Shown piece after piece: positions 32,026 to 32,049 of a stretch of 32,049 nucleotides of DNA. Every line of letters begins with the position of its first letter. Positions within the stretch are counted from its first letter, which is position 1. Source of the DNA: a virus (taxonomy: Duplodnaviria; Caudoviricetes); the IMG/VR virus record IMGVR_UViG_3300006904_000017, positions 1 through 32,049 of that record; one strand, written 5' to 3'. The translations under genes and the position numbers were made by a program. The notes under the pieces are model-generated. The model saw only the letters and a list, made by a program, of their open reading frames with translations. It had not been told where the DNA came from and searched no databases.

Positions 32026-32049
32026 AAACAACTCCAACTTACAGTGTCT
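32022..32049 (+). CDS. Start of next gene (truncated)
   Basis: ATGA overlap, MKTTPTYSV open to the window end. Confidence 0.4.

Noticed and set aside
1-32049. Integrase/att site, DGR or retron reverse transcriptase, or stop-codon recoding
   Set aside because: No recombinase or RT motifs were recognised, and genes tile tightly under the standard code, so lifestyle cannot be determined from this window.

Overview
The window is about 32 kb of a tailed dsDNA phage genome, probably podovirus-like given its P22-type portal and the absence of a tape-measure gene here. It has two divergent arms. The minus strand (1-14919) is the late/virion arm: putative small terminase, a PD-(D/E)XK nuclease, large terminase, portal, scaffold, major capsid, a glycosyltransferase, collagen-like and beta-rich structural proteins, head-tail adaptor and tail-fibre genes. 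The plus strand (15258-32049) is the early/replication arm: a paralogous pair of early proteins, many small Zn-finger or hypothetical ORFs, a HIRAN protein, a Cas4-like exonuclease, a papain-like protease, an ATP-dependent DNA ligase, a lipoprotein, a Sak4-like ATPase with an SSB-like partner, a DUF1937-like protein and a ParB-methyltransferase fusion. Six sigma70-type promoters with a perfect TTGACA and one IHF consensus site were read directly. The main unexplained signals are: (1) a 33-bp 13-7-13 quasi-palindrome in four copies at gene junctions; (2) an origin-like element with inverted repeats around a poly-T core; (3) three highly base-paired intergenic elements; (4) two non-SSB proteins ending in the host-SSB tail DDDIPF; (5) a glycosyltransferase and a signal-peptide protein directly behind the capsid gene; (6) several micro-ORFs missed by the ORF track. 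All product calls come from motif recognition by eye, with no database searches. No tRNA, rRNA, CRISPR array or integrase was recognised.
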